Shown piece by piece: positions 58,237 through 64,000 of a stretch of 64,000 nucleotides of DNA (its first letter is position 1; each line of letters starts with the position of its first letter). Source of the stretch: the human T2T-CHM13v2.0 reference genome, Homo sapiens. The position numbers were made by a program, and so were the translations under genes. The notes under the pieces are model-generated. The model saw only the letters and a list, made by a program, of their open reading frames with translations. It did no database searches and was not told the origin of the DNA. The stretch lies in assembly GCF_009914755.1 (NCBI RefSeq), contig NC_060928.1. One strand, 5' to 3'.

Positions 58237-59430
58237 GTTGAGTATATTTGATATACAAAAATACTTCACATATTTAATGTATATAATTTGCTGAGTTTGG
58301 ACATAGGCATACACCCATCATACCATCACTGAAATCAAAGTTATATATATATATATATATACACACACATCACCTCCCAAAATTTTCTTGTGTCCCTTTG
58401 CTTTGTCTGTGGGGGTATGTGTGTGGTAAAAATGCTTAACATGAGATCTACCCTCTTAAAACATTTTTAAGTGCACAGAATTGTACTGTTAACTACAGGT
58501 ACTACATTGTACAACAGACTTGTAGATCTTATTCATTTTGCATAACTTGAAATTTTATACCCGTTGAACAGCAACTCCCTATTTCCCCCTTCCCTGAGCC
58601 CCTGAACAACCATTTTACTCTCAGCTTCTATGACTTTGACAATTTTAGATATATCATTTCAGTGGAATCATACAGTATTCATCGTTCGTGTCTGGTTTAT
58701 TTCACTTAGCATAATGTCTTCCTGGTTGATCCATGTTGTAGCATATGGCAGGATTTCCTTCTTTTATAAAGGCTAAATAATATTCCATTTTATGAATATA
58801 CCACATATTCTTTACTCACTCATCTGTTGATGGACATTTGGGTTGACTCCACATCTTGGCTATTGTGAATTATGCTGCAATGAATCTAGGAGTGCAAATA
58901 TCTCTTTGAGATCCTGATTTCAGATTTTGGAGATATATACCCAGGAGTGAAAAGCTTCTGCACAGCAAGGAAAACTGTCAACAGGCTGAGAAGGAAACCC
59001 AAAGAATGGGAGAAAATATTTGAAAACCATATATCTGATAACGGGTTAGTCTCTGAAATATATAAGGAACTTCCTCAACAAAATAGCAAAAAAAAAAAAA
59101 AAAAAAAAAGAAGAAAGAAAGAAAGAAAGAAAATAGAGGAGAAAACCCACCAAAATCCAGATAACCAGTTTTTAAAATGGATAAAGGATTTGAATAGACA
59201 TTTCCCAAAGAAGAGATACAAATAGCTAACAGGTATATGAAAAGGTGCTCAACCTCAATAATCATTAAGGAAATGCAAATCAAAACTGAAATGAGATATC
59301 CCCTCACACCTGTTAGGATTTTAGAACCCTTGTCCACTGTTGGTGGGAATGTAAAATGGCATAGCCACTCTGAAAAACAGTATGAAGTTTCCTTAAAAAA
59401 TTAAAAATAGAACTATTATATGATCTAAAG
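58237..59430 (-). mobile_element. L1MA/MB 3' end with 5' inversion (58237-58945 minus; 58946-59430 plus)
   Basis: 3' UTR 'cttaacatgagatctaccctcttaa' on the minus strand; + strand ORF2 C-terminus KSFCTARK...WIKDLNRHF up to 'atagaactattatatgatcta'. Confidence 0.85.
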
Positions 59431-59789
59431 CAGACCTTCTGAATATGGATCCAGAACTTTCCAGAGGAACCACTGTCAGTGAGGGCATTGCATTCCTCAC
59501 CAAAAACTCATCCTTGGAGAAGGCATAGCTATCACCTGCTTTTCAAACCAAACCAAAGATTCAACAACCACAAAACTGCACATTTTACTCAACTGGTAAA
59601 TTTGTAAAGCTAATCTCCACCATGGGAACTTTGAATCTCAAGGGACCTCAGTCATCGTTCATTTAATCCAGGTGTTTGTGAACTTTTTCTTTTTTAAGTC
59701 AAAATCCCTTTTTGATCAAAGAAAATCTTACAAAATGAAGAAGTTTGAAGTCCGATTAAAATAGAACTGCCTTGGCTTGCTCTTCTGTG

Positions 59790-59910
59790 CTTATCCTATA
59801 GCCCCACCTCACCCCTGAGGCCTTGAGGAGGTTGTCCAACTCTGCAACACACAAATGAGGAAATTGAGGCTCAAGATCAAGGAGCTAAAAGCAGAAGGGC
59901 TCAGCACTTC
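59790..59910 (-). mobile_element. MIR fragment
   Basis: 'acaaatgaggaaattgaggctca'. Confidence 0.55.
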
Positions 59911-61834
59911 ACAATCTTCATTTTCAAATAAGCAGAAATGTAGGCACATGCTGACTATAACCAGAGGGTTGAAAACTTTGCTTAGCAATGTCAAAAGTAG
60001 AGAAGCTAAGGTTTAGTGTATCTAAAATGAGACTCATTTAAAAGGACTATGCTAGCAACCAGAAGCATTTAATTAGTTTTAAAAATGTGTTTGCATTCTT
60101 AGTCTTCAGGAGGAATCCTGGGTTAACTTTTAAGACTCACGTCTATTTAAAAGTCATCCAGAAAATTTGGACTGATGATTCTTTTTCCTTTCAATGAATC
60201 TTCCCTAATAAGCAAAGGCTTCAGAACAATTCTGTCCCCCAGACTTTTAAGAAAGCAATTATAGATAGCATCTACATATTTAAAAAGTCATTGTTAAGAA
60301 AATTTGTTGTGAGCATTTGAAGAATAGGAGCTTCTTGAATCTGGTCCTTCCTATTTTGCTTTTTCTCTTCCTAAGAGTGAAGGCAGCTTCACAGGGGAAT
60401 CAGACAGAGACATTTTAAGCAGAATGTCTGGGGAAGGGAAGAGAAAGATGGGGCCAAACATCTGCCTTGATTATAATAAAGACTGTGCCTATTTATGGAC
60501 TGGCTGCTTTTCAAAAAATTATTAAGAAAAATCTCTTCCACCCCCACCTGAGTTGTTAAACATTCATTTAAACGATATTTCTTGAATATCTTGAATATCT
60601 ATAGTATACAGTATAGATATTAGGAATATGTCCTTTTATAGAAAATAAGAACATTTACTGGGAATTAGCACAGTTCATTAAAGATAGTAAGTGGAGGGTA
60701 ACACCCAAAGTACTGAATCATGGGCAATTGTGGTTCTTGTGTTTGCCTTTCTATTGTTCTGCTAATGACCAGAGGAAATTGTTTCCTTTCCTGAGATTTA
60801 TCTGGTCACACTCTAGAGGGTAAACTAAAGGTGATGCTTGGAGGTAGAAGTGCACCTTCTAACAAGGGTCCTAAAACATCAGGGCCTGGGCATTTGGTAG
60901 GGATAACATGTAAGTTGTTTTAGATGTCTCGATACTCCCAACATGCCAGCTAATGGTGATCTAATTTTCACTACCTTAGATAAGACATGATGAAAAAAAA
61001 ATCAAGAAAGAAAAGTCCTTTTTATCCCCTTTTATACGCAATTGAATGGGTTCTTGACTGGAAGTGTCTGTAGGCAGAGAATCATTCAACATGCTTAGCA
61101 ACCACCTGGGTAAAAATATGTAGCTGATTTTACAAAGCTCTTAATTAAGCCTTGGAAACTGGAGGGACATTTAATGTGCTCTCTGGGAGAGGAGATTCTG
61201 TGGTGCTAAGAGTAAGATATTACAATTTCCTCAACAAAGAAAAAATATGCACATACACCTGTGAGGCTGAGTGGAAATCACTTACTGGGGCCATAAAACT
61301 GCACTTTACAGTCGAACTGTTTACCTTAAGATAACTGTCAGCTCTGATGTGCCTCCTTGGAGCTGATACTCCTCTGTGGGTTGGAGCTCTGACTCAGGAT
61401 GCTCATTTCAGCCCTGATGTAATTTAAACAGCAGTTTCTTCTTGTCAGCAGCATCAGAAGCCCCAGGGAGATGTGGATCAGTGATTCACGGAGTGCCAAG
61501 AACAAGGAGGTGATGGGGATCCCAAATGTTTATAAAACCATTTTTTTGTTCAACATCAGATTAACCCTACAAATTTTTAGTTGTTGGAGAGAATTCTGCT
61601 AATAAGCTCCCAGATAAGCAAATGCAGTAAACACACAATAAATGTTTTCCTTGGGAAAAATAATCTTGACTTAAAATGAAACAAGATGGAGTGTGTATGG
61701 TTGAGGGAGGAATGGGGTTGGAGGTTGAATTGTGTTTTCAAACCCACAAAAGAAGCTTACTTCATAGTCAATATTCATCTTTTGATGTATACTTTATGTA
61801 AGTCTTGCTCATCACATATTATCTCAGGCACACT

Positions 61835-63250
61835 CTTTTTCTTTTTTTATTTCAAATTTTATTTTAGATTCAGGGGATATATGTGTGGGTTTGTGTGATG
61901 CTGAGGTTTGGGGTACAATTGATCCTGTCACCCAGGTAGTGAACATAGTACCTGAAGGGTAGTTTTTCCATTCTTAGTTCTCTCCCTCCCTCCCCCATCT
62001 AGTAGTCTTCAGTGTCAATTGTTGTCATCTTTATGTCCATGAATACCCAGTATTTAGCTCCCACTTATTGGAGAGAATATGCAGTGTTTGGTTTCCTGTT
62101 CCTGCATTAATTTGCTTAAGATAATGCCCTCTAGCTGCATCCATGTTGCTGCAAAGGAGATAATTTTATTTTTTTATGGCTGTGTAGTATTCCATGGTGT
62201 ATATGTACCATATTTTCTTTATCTGATCCACCACTGATGGGCACCTAGGTTGATTCCATGTCTGTGCTATTGCAAATAGTGCAGTGGCAAACATATGAGG
62301 GTCTTTTTGGTGGAATGATTTATTTTCCTTTGGGTATATACCTGCTAATGGGATTGCTGGGTCAAATGGTAGTTTTTTAAGTTCTTTGAGAAATTTCCAA
62401 ACTGCTTTCCACTGTAGACTAATTTACGCTCCCACCAACAGTGTACAAAGGTTCCTTTTCTCTGCAACCTCACCAGAATCTTTTTTTTTTTTGACTTTTT
62501 AATAATAACCATCTGACTGGTGTGAGATGGTATCTCATTGTGGTTTTGATTTGCATTTCTCTGATGATTAGCGATGTTGAGCATTTTTTGATATGTTTGT
62601 TGTTTGCTTGTATGTTGCCTTTTGAGAAGTGTCTGTTCATGTCCTTCGCCCATTTTTTAAATGGAGTTGTTTTTGGCTTGTCGAATTAAGTTCCTTATAG
62701 ATTCTGGATATTAGACCTTTGTTGAATGTGGAATATGCAAATATTTTCCCCCATTCTGTAGGTTGTCTGTTTGCTCTGTTGACAGTTTCTTTTGCTGTGC
62801 AGAGCCTTGTAGTTTAATTAGATACTGTTAGTCAAGTTTTGTTTTTGTTGCAATTGCTTTTGAGGACTTAGTCATAAATTCTTTGCCAAAGTCGATGTCC
62901 AGAATGATATTTTCTAGGTTTTCTTTTAGGATTTTTACAGTTTTGGTCTTAAATTTAAGTCTTTAATCCATCTTCAGTTAATTTTTGTATATGGTGAAAG
63001 GTAGGGGTCCAGTTTCGTTCTTCTGCATATGGCTAGCCAGCTATCTCAGCACAATTTATTGAATCAGGAATCGTTTTGCCATTGCTTATTTCTGTCAACT
63101 TTGTCAAAGATCAAATGGTTGTAGGTGTATGACTTTATTTATGGGTTCATTATTCTGTTCCATTGGTCTATGTTTCTATTTTTGTACCAGTACAGTGCTG
63201 TTTTGGTCACTGTAGACCTGTAATATAGTTTGAAGTTGTGCAATATGATG
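61835..63250 (-). mobile_element. L1PB4/L1PA16-like 3' end, 5'-truncated (~1.4 kb)
   Basis: 'ttttagattcagggg...tgatgctgaggtttggggtacaattgatcctgtcacccaggtagtga'; TSD TCAGG(CA/TG)CACT at 61824 and 63251. Confidence 0.88.
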
Positions 63251-63346
63251 TCAGGTGCACTTTAAATGATAGCTTCACATTTGTAAATGATCTGTGGTAG
63301 ACTAAAAACATTTACTTCAAAATTCCTGAAAAAGACTCAAATTTGC

Positions 63347-63439
63347 TTTTTTTTTTTATTTTTTTTTTTTAAATAGGTAAGGTCTTGATATATTGCCCAG
63401 GGCTCAAGCTGTCGTCTCGCCTCAGCCTCCTGAGTAGCT
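63347..63439 (-). mobile_element. FLAM/Alu fragment
   Basis: T-tail, then 'ggtcttgatatattgcccagg' and 'gcctcagcctcctgagtagct'. Confidence 0.75.
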
Positions 63440-63591
63440 TTTAAGAGAAAGGTATGGAGGCAGGGAGTGGGCTGCAGGCCTGGCTCTTAGGCCAGTTGTG
63501 TGGGTTCTCTGAAGAAGCTGTGAGAAGGCAGGTGGCGTGGCTCTTGTGAACCAAGGCATTCAAGTCAGTGCAATTACTTATTAGAACAATG

Positions 63592-63885
63592 GGCTGGGCA
63601 TGGTGGCTTACACCTATAATCCCAGCACTTTGGGAGGCTGAGGTGAGTGGATCACTTGAGCCCAGGAGTTTAGGACCAACCTGGCCAACATGGCAAACTC
63701 CATCTCTAATAAAAATACAAAATTTAGCTGGGTGTGATGGCACACGCTTATAGTCTCAGCTATTTGGAAGGCTGAGGCATATGAATCACTTGAACCCAGG
63801 AGGCAGAGGCTGTAGTGAGCTGAGATTGTGCCATTGCACTCTAGCCTGGGCGACAGAGCGAGACTTGGTCTCAAAAAAAAAAAAA
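63592..63885 (+). mobile_element. Alu (AluJb/AluSz-like)
   Basis: Full dimer with 'gatcacttgagcccaggagtt' and A-tail. Confidence 0.92.
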
Positions 63886-64000
63886 GGATGGTGGAGAAAT
63901 GCCAGAATAACAACCACTGAGGCATTCTCCTCATCTGAGGAGTCACACCCATGTGATTGTGCCGTCAATTCTGGGGTTCTGCAGACGTGTTGTTAGCAGG

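Overview
Primate (most likely human) non-coding DNA, roughly half of it recognisable interspersed repeats. I can support no host protein-coding exon, tRNA, rRNA or CRISPR array. The main features are: a complete MST MaLR retroelement with a THE1B solo LTR nested in its 3' LTR (3.9-6.7 kb); a full-length but ORF-disrupted L1PA4-like LINE-1 on the minus strand (8.5-14.6 kb) whose antisense ORF0 frame is open for 155 codons and ends outside the element; a nested L1MA/L1PB/Alu stack (20.8-29.7 kb) with an internal deletion and a probable 3' transduction; several solo LTRs; about ten Alus; and MIR, L2 and MER3 remnants. Unique spacers carry non-B-DNA motifs, clustered transcription-factor motifs and a few strong + strand splice-site pairs. 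Subfamily names come from recalled consensus sequences, not from a RepeatMasker run. I found no convincing wholly new biological system; the best leads are retroelement-derived.
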